Below, in pieces: positions 26,337-48,072 of a stretch of DNA of 64,000 nucleotides. A program made the position numbers and the translations under genes. Every line of letters begins with the position of its first letter. The first letter of the stretch is position 1. The notes beneath the pieces were generated by a model, which saw only the letters and a program-made list of their open reading frames with translations, was not told the origin of the DNA and ran no database searches. Source of the DNA: Eledone cirrhosa (taxonomy: Eukaryota). The stretch covers positions 122,016,001 through 122,080,000 of the forward strand of contig OZ024745.1 in assembly GCA_964016885.1 (NCBI GenBank). The letters are read 5' to 3'.

Positions 26337-26535
26337 CTAAGGCGGGTAAAATTCCCGAGATCCATGGACGAGTTCTCTCCAGCGGTCTCTGTCCCTCATT
26401 ATCGCTGCCATGTCCTGCGTCTCCAACAGACCAGTGTCTGTCCTTAGGGCATCAACATACGTTAACCTTGGTCTTCCTCTTCTAGTGTGTCCATGTAGGG
26501 GCTCCCAAAGGAGCACTGAGCGCAATGTCAACTCT
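26337..26535 (-). pseudogene. 5'-truncated RTE-type LINE 3' end inside microsatellite
   Basis: [29 protein letters not shown]...[11 protein letters not shown] then stop and (TAGA)n/(TACA)n tail. Confidence 0.8.
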
Positions 26536-26571
26536 GTATATATATATGTATGTATATATATATATGTATGT

Positions 26572-26605
<34 letters not shown>

Positions 26606-26647
26606 GTATATATATGTATGTATGTATATATATATATGTATGTATGT

Positions 26648-26695
<48 letters not shown>

Positions 26696-26793
26696 GTATA
26701 TGTATGTATGTATATGTATGTATGTATATATATGTATATATATATATGTATATGTATATATATATATGTATGTATATATATATATATGTATGT

Positions 26794-26855
<62 letters not shown>

Positions 26856-26900
26856 GTATATATATGTATATGTATATATATGTATATATATATATGTATG

Positions 26901-26967
<67 letters not shown>

Positions 26968-26987
26968 GTATGTATATATATATATGT

Positions 26988-27028
<41 letters not shown>

Positions 27029-27046
27029 TATGTATATATATATATG

Positions 27047-27091
<45 letters not shown>

Positions 27092-27291
27092 GTATATATA
27101 TATATGTATATATATATATGTATATATATATATGTATATATATATATGTATGTATATGTATATATATATATGTATATATATATATGTATGTATATGTATA
27201 TATATATATGTATATATATATATGTATGTATATGTATATATATATATGTATATATATATATGTATGTATATGTATATATATATATGTATGT

Positions 27292-27406
<115 letters not shown>

Positions 27407-27455
27407 TATGTATGTATATATATATATGTATGTATATATATGTATATATATGTAT

Positions 27456-28064
27456 GTCAGGTCACCACTTGGTGCTGCTGGTAACATGTATCCCAGTACA
27501 ACCTGTCTCATGGTCGGGTCGTTGGCGACTAAACTGGCAACCCCACTAAGGTTTCTTGGTGAGGAGGGTGACTTTGGACATCCTGCAGGACTAAAAACAA
27601 AACCTGTCAAAGGGCAAAGGAGCTCTTAAGAGTCAATGGCCATCCAAAATCACCGGGAGAGATGACCCCTTAGCCTTTGTCAAGGCAGAATTCTAGGAGA
27701 AGGAAAACTCTGATATAACACCTGCAACCCTGATGGTATCCAATGATGTTGACTTGTTCTTCTTTTTGGTAAATATCATCTTGGTTAAGAGAGTGGGACT
27801 GGCTTTGTGCAGTGCCTTTGCTCACTATAAAAGCTTCACGGCACAGGCATTGCTTTGTATCTGGAGATCTCTCTGCACTTGTCATTACATGGTACCATGG
27901 GCCCAGCACTATGTGTCAATAATTGTCACAAGTGTAGTGTTTGTACCAGAGTTTTCAAGTTGCTGGCTGGACTAAAAAGTCACACTCGTTCAGCGTATCG
28001 GTAGGGGTTCTCCTACATGGATATAAAGTAGTGGCCGTACTCGAAAACGAGTTGGCAGCCACCA
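27456..28064 (+). mobile_element. Non-autonomous bipartite RTE-derived element (RTE 5' UTR + RTE 3' end, no ORF)
   Basis: 27651-27853 aligns by eye with RTE 5' UTR 32419-32641. 28032-28064 matches RTE 3' end 36518-36550 at 28/33 nt. Embedded in (TA/TG)n on both sides. Confidence 0.8.
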
Positions 28065-28238
28065 TATATGTATGTATGTATATATATGTATATATATATA
28101 TGTATGTATATGTATATATATATATATGTATATATATGTATGTATGTATATATATGTATGTATGTATATATATGTATGTATGTATATGTATGTATGTATA
28201 TATATGTATGTATGTATATATATGTATGTATATGTATG

Positions 28239-28297
<59 letters not shown>

Positions 28298-29042
28298 GTA
28301 TATATATGTATGTATGTATATATATGTATGTATGTATGTATATATATATATGTATGTATATGTATGTATGTATATATATGTATGTATGTATATATATATA
28401 TGTATGTATATATATATATGTATGTATATATATATATGTATGTATGTATATATATATATGTATGTATATATATATATGTATGTATATATATATATATGTA
28501 TGTATATATATATATGTATGTATATATATATATGTATATATGTATATATATGTATATATATGTATGTATATATGTGTATGTATATATGTTTATATATATG
28601 TATGTATATGTATGTATATGTATGTATGTATATGTATGTATATATATGTATGTATGTATATGTATGTATATGTATGTATATATGTATATATATGTATGTA
28701 TGTATATGTATGTATGTATATGTATGTATGTATATGTATGTATATATATGTATGTATGTATATGTATGTATATATATGTATATATGTATATATATGTATA
28801 TATGTATGTATATATATATATATGTATAATATATGTATATGTATGTATATATGTATATGTATGTATATATGTATATGTATATATGTATATGTATATATGT
28901 ATATGTATATATGTATATATATGTATATGTATATATATGTATATGTATATATATGTATATGTATATATATGTATATGTATATATATGTATATATATATAT
29001 GTATATATATGTATATGTATATATATGTATATATATATATGT

Positions 29043-29088
<46 letters not shown>

Positions 29089-29167
29089 GTATATGTATAT
29101 ATATATGTATATGTATATATATATATGTATATGTATATATATATGTATATGTATATATATATGTATG

Positions 29168-29198
<31 letters not shown>

Positions 29199-29615
29199 GT
29201 ATATGTATATATATATGTATATATATGTATATGTATGTATATGTGTATATGTATATATGTATATATATATATGTGTATATATGTATATATATATATATAT
29301 GTATATATGTATATGTATATATATATATGTATATATGTATATGTATATATATATATGTATATATGTATATGTATATATGTATATGTATATATGTATATGT
29401 ATATATGTATATGTATATATGTATATGTATATATATATATATGTATATATGTATATATGTATATGTATATATGTATATATGTATATGTATATATGTATAT
29501 GTATATATGTATATATATATATGTATATGTATATATGTATATATATGTATATATGTATATGTATATATATGTATATGTATATATATGTATATATGTATAT
29601 ATGTATATGTATATG

Positions 29616-29664
<49 letters not shown>

Positions 29665-29721
29665 GTATATGTATGTATATATATATATATGTATATGTAT
29701 GTATATATATATATGTATATG

Positions 29722-29758
<37 letters not shown>

Positions 29759-30465
29759 GTATGTATATGTATGTATATGTATGTATATGTATGTATATAT
29801 ATATATATGTATATGTATGTATATGTATGTATATGTATGTATATATATATATATGTATATGTATGTATATGTATGTATATATATATATATGTATATGTAT
29901 GTATATGTATGTATATATATATATATGTATATGTATGTATATGTATGTATATATATATATATGTATATGTATGTATATGTATGTATATATATATATATGT
30001 ATATGTATGTATATGTATGTATATATATATATATGTATATGTATGTATATGTATGTATATATATATATATGTATATGTATGTATATGTATGTATATATAT
30101 ATATATGTATATGTATGTATATGTATGTATATATATATATATGTATATGTATGTATATGTATGTATATATATATATATGTATATGTATGTATATGTATGT
30201 ATATATATATATATGTATATGTATGTATATGTATGTATATATATATATATGTATATGTATGTATATGTATGTATATATATATATATGTATATGTATGTAT
30301 ATGTATGTATATATATATATATGTATATGTATGTATATATATATGTATATATATATATATGTATATGTATGTATATATATATGTATGTATATGTATGTAT
30401 ATGTATGTATATATATATATATGTATATGTATATGTATGTATATATATATATATGTATATGTATG

Positions 30466-30584
<119 letters not shown>

Positions 30585-30781
30585 GTATATGTATGTATAT
30601 GTATGTATATATATATATATATGTATATGTATGTATATATATATGTATATGTATGTATATATATATATATATGTATATGTATGTATATATATATATATAT
30701 GTATATGTATGTATATATATATATATATGTATATGTATGTATATATATATGTATATGTATGTATATATATATATATATATG

Positions 30782-30830
<49 letters not shown>

Positions 30831-30881
30831 GTATATGTATGTATATATATATATATGTATATGTATGTATGTATATGTATG

Positions 30882-30912
<31 letters not shown>

Positions 30913-31073
30913 GTATATGTATGTATATATATATATATATATATGTATATGTATGTATATATATATATATATATATATGTATATGTATGTATGTATATAT
31001 ATATATATATATATGTATATGTATGTATGTATATATATATATATATATGTATATGTATGTATGTATATATATG

Positions 31074-31126
<53 letters not shown>

Positions 31127-31193
31127 GTATATATATATGTATGTATATATGTATATATATATGTATATATATATGTATATATATATATATATG

Positions 31194-31225
<32 letters not shown>

Positions 31226-31328
31226 TGTATGTATGTATGTATGTATATATATATATGTATATATATATGTATGTATGTATGTATGTATATATATATATGT
31301 ATATATATATGTATGTATGTATGTATGT

Positions 31329-31369
<41 letters not shown>

Positions 31370-31858
31370 TATGTATATATATATGTATGTATGTATATAT
31401 ATGTATGTATGTATATATATATACATATACTAGATACATCTCACTGTCCACACCACCACAATAACGTCTACACTCTCTCCCCACCATCACATGTCATTAC
31501 CATACCATACCCTATCGAGACTAAAGTCATCGACCTGTTGTCAAACTCTCTACTCTCTGATGAATGTATATATATATATGTGTGTGTATGTATATGTGTG
31601 TATATACATCACTCAGTCAAACAACCAGATTTCAACCCCAACATCTACAACAACAACAACACCGGCCCTAATGTTTACAGCAACAACAGCTTCAGAATGA
31701 ACTGAAATGAACATTTACAACAATTACAACAACAACAACAACAGCGGCATCAAAACATAAAAAAAGGAAGGGGAAAGAAAAAAGAAAAGGGAAGGGGAAA
31801 AAAAAAAAAAAAAGGAGAAAAAAAAGAAAGGAAAAAAAAAAAAAAAACTCAAAATAAC

Positions 31859-31891
<33 letters not shown>

Positions 31892-32331
31892 CAGAACAAC
31901 AACATCAACTGCCACCACCACCACCACCGCCACCGCCGTCGCCATCACCATCACCAGCGACCTGGCCTTAAGAACAACTTTAATAATAATTTTTCTGCTT
32001 TTGGCACGGATCCAGCGACTGGCCAGCGCATCACTGGTACTCTCTTTTGTTGACTCCGTGGAGAGCCATAACTCTATGCTGTAAAGCAATTATAGTAATA
32101 CTGGACTGTAATATGATCGGCTTCAACTATACAAACTCTTGAAAGTCAACAGTTGACATAATCTGGTAATCTTGTATCAGTAATGACGGTAATATATATA
32201 TATATATGTGTGTGTGTGCGTGTAAGTGAGTAGAGTAGCGTGTGTGTGTGTTTGTTGTGTGTGTGAGTGTTGCTGTGTGCACGCATATGTATGCGTGTGT
32301 GTGTATGTCGTACGTATAAGTGTCAATAAGT

Positions 32332-32367
<36 letters not shown>

Positions 32368-32369
<2 letters not shown>

Positions 32370-35300
32370 GCGGGGACATAGAAATAATCGGGCTGGATGC
32401 CCGATCGCGCAGTTAAACCACTGGGAGTGAAGAACCCCTAGCCCATGTCAGGGTATTCTTCTAGGAGAAGGCATCTCAGGAAACTGGGTTAACTCCGATA
32501 TAAAACCTGCGGCTCAGTAGTTACCGATGATGTTGATCTTTTCTTCTTTTCGGGTTATAGCTACTGTCGCTCAGAGAGTGGGATTGGTTCAGTGCACAGT
32601 CTTTCCTCACTTTAAAAATATTCGTCACGCACAGGCATTGCACGAGTGCATTAATAATTATTAATAGTGTAGTATTATTATTATTATTATTATTGTTATT
32701 ACTATTATTATTACTTTTTTTTTTTTTTTTTTTTTTTTCCCAATTCAATGATGTTCCAGAACAATGTAAACGAGATAATTGCCAATTTGGGTTCTGGAAC
32801 AAAAAAGATCATTGGCAATAAGGGCAGGGGCCCCAAGTTATCACAACCTGGGCCCGCCCGTCATCGTGCCATTGTAATAGAGCCAAACAGGGCATTTAGT
32901 CTTGGCTGCTGGAACGTACGGACGCTGCTTGACAGGGATTCTTTGGAGCGTCCTGAACGAAGGACCGCTCTTGTTGCGAAGGAGCTTCGACGTTACGATC
33001 TTGACATCGTGGCTTTGTCTGAGACGAGGTTAGCTGGAGATGGTCATCTTACGGAATTTTGTGGAGAATATACATTCTTCTGGAAAGGAAGAGATGAAGG
33101 AACCAGAAGAGAGGCTGGGGTGGGATTTGCTGTTAAGACTGTACTGGTGAATAAATTGGAAGAATTCCCAGTGGGGATTAGTGAGCGTCTTATGTCCATG
33201 AGAGTTCCGCTGGACAAGGGAAGATATGCTACCCTGGTGAGTGTGTATGCTCCAACTATGAATTCTGTCGATGAAGAAAAACTGTCCTTTTACCATGCCT
33301 TGAAAGGTGTTTTAAGAAATATCCCTCAGGCAGACAAAGTCATCGTGCTTGGTGACTTTAATGCTAGAGTGGGTAGGGATTTTAACACATGGAATGTAAT
33401 CGGAAGGCATGGGGTGGGAAAGTGTAACAGCAATGGTATGCTCTTGCTGCAGATGTGTGAGGAGCTGGATCTGTGTGTTACCAACACCATGTTCCAACAA
33501 AAGAACAAATTCAAGACCACATGGATGCATCCTGCATCTAAGGAATGGCATCTTTTGGACTACGTCCTAGTCAGGATGCGTGACAGACAGGATGTGCGGT
33601 GTGTTCGTGTTCTTCGTGGAGCTGAGTGCTGGACGGACCACCGCCTGGTACGCGCAAAAGTGAATCTAATCACCAAACGTAAAATCCGGGCTCCTGGTGT
33701 TACCCTGCCCAAAAGATTGAATGCTGCTCGTCTTAAGGATAAAAATGTGAAGAGGACATTGGAAGAAGAGATGCAGGCTGCAGATCTTGGTGAGGATTGG
33801 CCGACCCTTAAAAAGTCGGTTTATGATGTAGGCAGACGTGTTCTGGGATTGGTGCAGAGAAAACATCAGGACTGGTTTAATGAGAAAGATGTGCATATAG
33901 ATGACTTGTTGGCTGATAAGAGGCGCGCTCTGTCACGCTACTTGACGGCAAGACCACAGGAGAGGAATACGTTGCATGAGGAGCTCAGGGATGTAAAATC
34001 ACGTGTTAGGCGGAGTCTTTCTCAGATGAAGGATCAGTGGTGGAGTGAGAAGGCTGGTGAGATACAAACTGCGTCTGATTGCAATAACACAAAGCTGTTG
34101 TACAGTCTCTTGCGTGAGGTTTATGGACCGTCTTCTTCTCTGGTGACACCGATTCGCAGCAAGGATGGCAAAGAACTTCTTCGTGACTCACAGGGAATTC
34201 TACGAAGGTGGCGGGAGCACTTTGATGATCTTTTGAATCAGCCGTCTGTCGTCAGTGAAGATTTCCTCAATCTCATTCCGGAAAGTCCTGTGAAAGTAGC
34301 TCTCGCAGAGCCTCCGACACTTGTGGAGGTTGCAGTGGCTATTTCGAAGCTGAACAGTGGAAGATCTCCAGGTATGGATGGCATACATGCTGAGCTCCTA
34401 CAATATGGTGGTGAGAGACTCCTGCAACATCTTCACTCTCTGTTTGGAGGGATATGGGCTAATGAATCCGTGCCTGAGGACTGGAGAGATGCAGTAATGG
34501 TGGTCTTGTACAAGGGAAAGGGTAACAGGAATGATTGTGGGAACTACAGAGGTATATCATTGCTTTCTGTCGTGGGGAAAGTTTTATGTAGGGTGCTTCT
34601 GGACCGTCTGCTGACACACATTGCAGATTGTGTCCTTCCTGAAAGTCAATCTGGTTTTCGTGTTGGACGCGGCACTACTGATATGATCTTCTCAGCTAGA
34701 CAGCTCCAGGAGAAGTGCATTGAACAGGGCTTGGATCTGTATCAGGTTTTTGTCGATCTGACAAAGGCTTTCGATACTGTCAACAGAGATGCATTATGGA
34801 AGGTTCTCCAGAAACTTGGTTGCCCTGATAAGTTCCTTGCTTTAGTTAGGTCTTTCCATGACGACATGAAGGCTTGGGTTAATGTCGGAGGTAACATGTC
34901 GGAGCCTATCTCAGTAAAAAATGGAGTGAAACAGGGGGATATTCCAGCACCGACCCTGTTTGCCATATACTTTGCAATGGTTTTCTGTATTGCATTCAGG
35001 AATTGCGAGCATGGTGTTTACATCCGATATCGAACCTCAGGCAGCATATTTAACATCAGGCGCTTTGCTGCGAAGACAAAAGTATTTACATCAGTCATAA
35101 GAGACCTCTTGTATGCAGATGATTGCGATCTTGTAGCGCACACAGAGAGTGATATGCAGCACATTTTGAATGTATTTTCTGACGCTTGCACTGCCCTGGG
35201 TTTGACTGTCAGTCTCAAGAAAACCGTCGTCATGTACCAACCTGCACCTGGTAGGCAGTACACTGAACCAAACATCTATGTGTATGGCAGACGACTTGGA

Positions 35301-36301
35301 GTGGTTGATCAGTTTGTCTACCTGGGAAGCACTGTCAATCGATACGGCAACCTTGACAGTGAAATCTCACTTAGGATTAGGAAAGCAAGTGATGCTTTCG
35401 GAAAGCTAGAAAGGCGACTCTGGGGTCGGCGAGACATATGCAGGAGGACAAAGGTAAAGGTGTACAGGGCATGTGTACTCTCTTGTCTTCTTTATGCCTG
35501 CGAGACCTGGGTCACATATCGACGCCACCTTAAGCAATTGGAGCGTTTCCATCAGATGTGTCTCAGACGGATACATGGCGTTCGCTGGAGGGACCACATC
35601 AGTGATGTCGAGATTTTGGAAAGCTCTATGTGTGACAGTATAGAAGCTCTTGTGCTTAAGCAGCGACTCCGTTGGAGTGGTCACCTTGCCAGGATGAAGG
35701 ATTCTAGAATACCAAAACAACTCTTCTATGGAGAGTTGGTTAAAGGAAAACGACCGCCACATAAACCAAAAAAGAGGTATAAGGATTCCTTGAAGGCCTC
35801 TCTGAAAGACGCTAACATCTCTGCTGATACATGGGAAAATGTTGCTGCTGATCGTAATAAATGGAGAAAGACTGTATATGAGGGAAAAGTTGCCTTTGAG
35901 GCATCTCGAATCGCACACGAGAAAGTAAAGCGGGACGTGAGGAAGGGTATTGCTGTTGCACTTCCAGACGGCGAGGGTCCTCCTATGTTTCTGACATGCA
36001 GCGTCTGTGCGAGACTCTGCCTAAGCAAAGCTGGACTCGAAAGTCATCTTCGCAGTCATAAAGTAAGACCAGTGGTTGACTACCAGGCTGCTGTTGGAGA
36101 TGCTACTCATCATGCTTGCCAAACATGTGGTAGAGAATGTAAATCAGCAGGAGGACTCAAGCGACATGCAAAAGTACACGAACTCCAACCACAGCCGACT
36201 ATTCCCAGTAAATGTTTTGGTTGCCGACTCTGTGCAAGACATTTTGGATCATTGGCTGGGCTAAAAAGCCACATTCGATCGCAGCACTGTTAGTTGCTAT
36301 C

Positions 36302-36341
<40 letters not shown>

Positions 36342-36420
36342 GCTTATGTGCGTGCGTGTGTGTGTATATATATATGAATATGTATATTATTATTGTTGTT
36401 GTCGTTATTATTATTATTGC

Positions 36421-36484
<64 letters not shown>

Positions 36485-36550
36485 TATTTATTTTTTTTTT
36501 TTTTTTTTATTGTGCAATGGCCATACTCGATAACGAGGGGGCAGCCATCA
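32368..36550 (+). mobile_element. Full-length or near full-length RTE LINE including UTRs
   Basis: GC-richer 5' UTR begins after poly-T at ~32368 (boundary uncertain). 3' end stem-loop TGGCCATACTCGATAACGAGGGGGCAGCCATCA (36518-36550) runs into a (TGTA/TA)n tail. No TSD found. Confidence 0.88.
32748..36293 (+). CDS. Intact RTE-clade non-LTR retrotransposon ORF (APE endonuclease + reverse transcriptase + 3 C2H2 zinc fingers), 1181 aa
   Basis: Uninterrupted ORF. EN motifs [42 protein letters not shown] motifs [30 protein letters not shown]-type [11 protein letters not shown]...LFYGEL. Three CxxC-x12-H-x3/4-H fingers at ~35997-36290. Confidence 0.97.
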   Translation: MMFQNNVNEIIANLGSGTKKIIGNKGRGPKLSQPGPARHRAIVIEPNRAFSLGCWNVRTLLDRDSLERPERRTALVAKELRRYDLDIVALSETRLAGDGHLTEFCGEYTFFWKGRDEGTRREAGVGFAVKTVLVNKLEEFPVGISERLMSMRVPLDKGRYATLVSVYAPTMNSVDEEKLSFYHALKGVLRNIPQADKVIVLGDFNARVGRDFNTWNVIGRHGVGKCNSNGMLLLQMCEELDLCVTNTMFQQKNKFKTTWMHPASKEWHLLDYVLVRMRDRQDVRCVRVLRGAECWTDHRLVRAKVNLITKRKIRAPGVTLPKRLNAARLKDKNVKRTLEEEMQAADLGEDWPTLKKSVYDVGRRVLGLVQRKHQDWFNEKDVHIDDLLADKRRALSRYLTARPQERNTLHEELRDVKSRVRRSLSQMKDQWWSEKAGEIQTASDCNNTKLLYSLLREVYGPSSSLVTPIRSKDGKELLRDSQGILRRWREHFDDLLNQPSVVSEDFLNLIPESPVKVALAEPPTLVEVAVAISKLNSGRSPGMDGIHAELLQYGGERLLQHLHSLFGGIWANESVPEDWRDAVMVVLYKGKGNRNDCGNYRGISLLSVVGKVLCRVLLDRLLTHIADCVLPESQSGFRVGRGTTDMIFSARQLQEKCIEQGLDLYQVFVDLTKAFDTVNRDALWKVLQKLGCPDKFLALVRSFHDDMKAWVNVGGNMSEPISVKNGVKQGDIPAPTLFAIYFAMVFCIAFRNCEHGVYIRYRTSGSIFNIRRFAAKTKVFTSVIRDLLYADDCDLVAHTESDMQHILNVFSDACTALGLTVSLKKTVVMYQPAPGRQYTEPNIYVYGRRLGVVDQFVYLGSTVNRYGNLDSEISLRIRKASDAFGKLERRLWGRRDICRRTKVKVYRACVLSCLLYACETWVTYRRHLKQLERFHQMCLRRIHGVRWRDHISDVEILESSMCDSIEALVLKQRLRWSGHLARMKDSRIPKQLFYGELVKGKRPPHKPKKRYKDSLKASLKDANISADTWENVAADRNKWRKTVYEGKVAFEASRIAHEKVKRDVRKGIAVALPDGEGPPMFLTCSVCARLCLSKAGLESHLRSHKVRPVVDYQAAVGDATHHACQTCGRECKSAGGLKRHAKVHELQPQPTIPSKCFGCRLCARHFGSLAGLKSHIRSQHC

Positions 36551-37483
36551 TGTATGTATGTATGTATATATATATATGTATATATATATGTATGTATGTA
36601 TATATATGTATGTATGTATATATATATGTATGTATGTATATATATGTATGTATGTATATATATATGTATGTATGTATGTATATATATGTATATATATATG
36701 TATGTATGTATATATATATATGTATATATATATATGTATATATATATATATGTATGTATGTATATATATATATGTATATATGTATGTATATATGTATGTA
36801 TGTATATATATATATGTATGTATGTATATATATATATGTATATATGTATATATATATATGTATATATGTATATATATATGTATGTATATATGTATGTATG
36901 TATATATATATATGTATATATATATATGTATATATGTATATATATATATGTATATATGTATGTATATATGTATATATGTATGTATATATGTATATATACA
37001 CAAAACCAACCATGCATATCTATACTATCTCTAATCCTTCTATTGATTTAGAAAAATAACCAATGATATATTCTATAAAAATGTCAAAACAACAGATGGG
37101 TATCTAATTACTCACTGCCACCAAAAATTCTCACTGCTATCAAAAAACCACTCCCTCAACTATTCTTCTAACAACTTCACCCCTCCCTCCTAATATTCTC
37201 TATAAAAACTAAATAGGTCCTCAGTAAAATAATTCTGATGAAATGACAGTTGATAATAACATTGAAATATTGAATGTCTGCATAACTAATACTTTGTAGA
37301 TAGCAGCTGTTTTCAGGTTATGTAACTGTTATTGAAACACGTGTCAATAAATTCCTTTGAACTAAACTGTATCCATTTAAATCCTTCTGTATATATATAT
37401 ATATGTATATGTATATATGTATATATATATGTATATATATGTATATATATATGTATATGTATATATATATGTATATATATATG

Positions 37484-37514
<31 letters not shown>

Positions 37515-37543
37515 GTATATATATATATGTATATATATATATG

Positions 37544-37574
<31 letters not shown>

Positions 37575-37619
37575 GTATATGTATATATGTATATATATAT
37601 ATATGTATATGTATATATG

Positions 37620-37650
<31 letters not shown>

Positions 37651-37805
37651 GTATATGTATATATGTATATATATATATATATGTATATGTATATATATAT
37701 AGGTATGTGTATATGTATATATATATAGGTATGTATATATATATATATATGTATATATATATAGGTATGTATGTATATATATATATGTATATATATATAG
37801 GTATG

Positions 37806-37838
<33 letters not shown>

Positions 37839-37911
37839 GTATATATATATAGGTATGTATATATATATATAGGTATGTATATATATATATATGTATATAT
37901 ATATAGGTATG

Positions 37912-37944
<33 letters not shown>

Positions 37945-38142
37945 GTATATATATATGTATATATATATAGGTATGTATATATATATATAGGTATGTATAT
38001 ATATATATATGTATATATATATATTATATATATATAGGTATGTATATATATATTGTATATATATATATATATATATTGTGTATATATATATATATATATT
38101 GTGTATATATATATATTGTATATATATATTGTATATATATAT

Positions 38143-38178
<36 letters not shown>

Positions 38179-39149
38179 ATATATATATATATATTGTATA
38201 TATATATATATATATATATTGTGTATATATATATATATATTGTATATATATATATATATATATTGTATATATATATATATATATTGTATATATATATATA
38301 TATATTGTATATATATATATATAATGTATATATATATATATATATTGTATATATATATATATATTGTATATATATATATATATTGTATATATATATATAT
38401 ATTGTATATATATATATATATTGTATATATATATATATTGTATATATATATATATATTGTATATATATATATATATTGTATATATATATATATATTGTAT
38501 ATATATATATATTGTATATATATATATATATTGTATATATATATATATATTGTATATATATATATATATTGTATATATATATATATTGTATATATATATT
38601 ATATATATATATATATATATTGTTATATATATATATATTGTATATATATATATATTGTATATATATATACTATATATATATATATTGTATATATATATAC
38701 AATATATATATATATATTGTATATATATACAATATATATATATATTGTATATATATTGTATATATATATATATATATATTGTATATATATATATATATAT
38801 GTATATATATTTATATATTGTATATATATATATATATATATTGTATATATATATATATATATTGTATATATATATATATATATATTGTATATATATATAT
38901 ATATATATTTGTATATATATTATATATATATTGTATATATATATATATATATATTGTATATATATATATATATATATATTGTATATATATATATATATAT
39001 ATTGTATATATATATATATATATATATTGTATATATATATATATATATATATATTGTATATATATATATATATATTGTATATATATATATATATATATTG
39101 TATATATATATATATATATATATTGTATATATATATTGTATATATATAT

Positions 39150-39180
<31 letters not shown>

Positions 39181-39283
39181 TGTATATATATATATATATA
39201 TATTGTATATATATATATTATATATATATATTAGTATATATATATTATATATATATATATATTGTATATATATATATATATTG

Positions 39284-39317
<34 letters not shown>

Positions 39318-39433
39318 ATATATATATATTGTATATATATATATATATATTGTATATATATATATATTGTATATATATATATATATATTGTATATATATA
39401 TATTGTATATATATATATTGTATATATATATAT

Positions 39434-39468
<35 letters not shown>

Positions 39469-39548
39469 TATATATTGTATATATATATATTGTATATATA
39501 TATATTGTATATATATATATTGTATATATATATATATATATATATATT

Positions 39549-39594
<46 letters not shown>

Positions 39595-39688
39595 TATATA
39601 TATATATATATATTGTATATATATATATATTGTATATATATATATTATATATATTGTATATATATATATATATTGTATATATATATAT

Positions 39689-39719
<31 letters not shown>

Positions 39720-40229
39720 TGTATATATATATATATATATATTGTATATATATATATATTGTATATATATATATATTGTATATATATATATATATATATA
39801 TATTGTATATATATATATATATATATTGTATATATATATATATATTGTATATATATATATATATTGTATATATATATATATTGTATATATATATATTATT
39901 GTATATATATATATATATATATATTGTATATATATATATATATTGTATATATATATATATATTGTATATATATATATATATTGTATATATATATATATAT
40001 ATTGTATATATATATATATATATTGGTATATATATATATATATTGTATATATATATATATATTGTATATATATATATATATTGTATATATATATATTGTA
40101 TATATATATATATATATATTGTATATATATATATATATATATATTGTATATATATATATATATATATATTGTATATATATATATATATATATATTGTATA
40201 TATATATATATTGTATATATATTATATAT

Positions 40230-40273
<44 letters not shown>

Positions 40274-40470
40274 ATATATATATATATATATTGTATATAT
40301 ATATATATATATTGTATATATATATATATTGTATATATATATATATTGTATATATATATATATATTGTATATATATATATATATTGTATATATATATATA
40401 TATTGTATATGTATATATATATATATATATTGTATATATATATATATATTGTATATATATATATATATTG

Positions 40471-40503
<33 letters not shown>

Positions 40504-40635
40504 TGTATATATATATATATTGTATATATATATATTGTATATTGTATACTGTATATATATATATATTGTATATATATATATATATATATATTGTATATAT
40601 ATATTGTGTATATATATATTGTATGTATATATATA
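36551..40635. repeat. (TGTA)n RTE tail, then (TA)n arrays with GT, AGGT and TTGT interruptions
   Basis: Seen directly; unique spacer at ~37000-37388. Confidence 0.97.
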
Positions 40636-41052
40636 ATAATAACTAGAAATTGATTAACAATATATATAAACATGAATAATCACAGGAGATAATTTTACAA
40701 GTGTGTAACCACACATAGCTAGGTAGGTAACTAAATAAAGTTGACTAGAACTTCAAAAGTAGATACCTTATAATATGATTAACCTTTCCTGTATATATTC
40801 CATTAAAGAAATATATTTCACCAATTAATCAGATGGTAAACCACGGAAGTGGACATTTTGGATTTTCAACAAGGAAGAAAATATCCAGCTATCCGTGCGT
40901 ACACTTCAAGTTCAAATCTGCAACTGGTTACTACCACGTGTTGCATTTATTATAAACAAATACACACGCCACAGCAGCTTCGTCCCAGTGGCGTGAATAG
41001 GGTCACCGACAACTAGAAACAGCAGTCGAGTCCTTTCAACAGAGTTAGCTCT

Positions 41053-41897
41053 ACATCGTCATCAAACCGGCGGACAAGGGAGGTGCCGTGGTGGTGTGGC
41101 GCGCGGACCTCTACACAGCTGAAGCCCTCAGGCAGCTCCGTAACCCCCTTTTCTACTGCCCTCTACCCTCCGATCCCACACCCCTCTACCAACAACAAGT
41201 TTCCTCCATCATCCAACACCTTGTCTCCTCCTCCCTCCTCCCCCCCCACCGCTTCCCACCTCATCGTCCGTACCCCCCGCACCCCCACCATCTACTTCCT
41301 CCACAAACCCGACAACCCCGGCCGCCCCATCGTCTCCGCTTGCAACTGCCCCACCGAACTCATCTACGCTTTTTTTGACTCGATCCTCGCCCCCCTTGTC
41401 ACCACCCTCCCCTCCCACATTTCCGAGACCAACCAGGCCCTGCGCCTTTTCGACTCCTTCACCTATCCACCCGGCCCACAACCCTTCCTCTTCACCCTAG
41501 ACATCAAGTCCCTCTATACCGTCATCCCCCACGCCGACGGCCTACGTGCCCTCAAGCACTACCTCCACCCCCACCCTCTTTCGCCTCGCCGAGCTGGTCC
41601 TCACCCTCAACTGTTTCTCCTCGGGTGAGTTTTACCAACAGGTCACGGGAGTAGCCATGGGTACAAGAATGGGCCCAAACTATGCCAACCTTTTTGTTGG
41701 CCATGTTGAGGCCCAAATCTTTGCCCAGTACACCGGCCCCACGCCCGAACTGTACGGTCGTTACATCGACGACTATCGGAGCCACGGCCCTCACCCGAGA
41801 ACAGCTCGACTCCTTTCTCTCCTTCTTCTGCTCCTTCCACCCCTCCCTCCACTTCACCACCTCTATCTCCACCACCCACGTCCACTTCTTAGACATA
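41053..41897 (+). pseudogene. Penelope-like element reverse transcriptase fragment
   Basis: IVIKPADKGGAVVVW, HKPDNPGRPIVS, LDIKSLYTVIPH, FYQQVTGVAMGTRMGPNYANLF, RYIDD, HFLDI across frameshifts. C-rich island running into a TA array. Confidence 0.92.

Positions 41898-48072
<6,175 letters not shown>

Noticed and set aside
27540-27575. Twister-like GAGGAGGG tail
   Set aside because: The twister UAA and GGUCCCAAGCCC core elements are absent.
33030-36028. Minus-strand ORFs overlapping the LINE
   Set aside because: Antisense shadows of the RTE ORF with no recognisable motifs.
31430-37020. Target-site duplication for the intact RTE
   Set aside because: None identifiable by eye; both ends lie in simple repeats.
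40840-40865. CGGAAGTGGACATTTTG, ETS/YY1-like promoter motif
   Set aside because: One short motif with no other promoter evidence.
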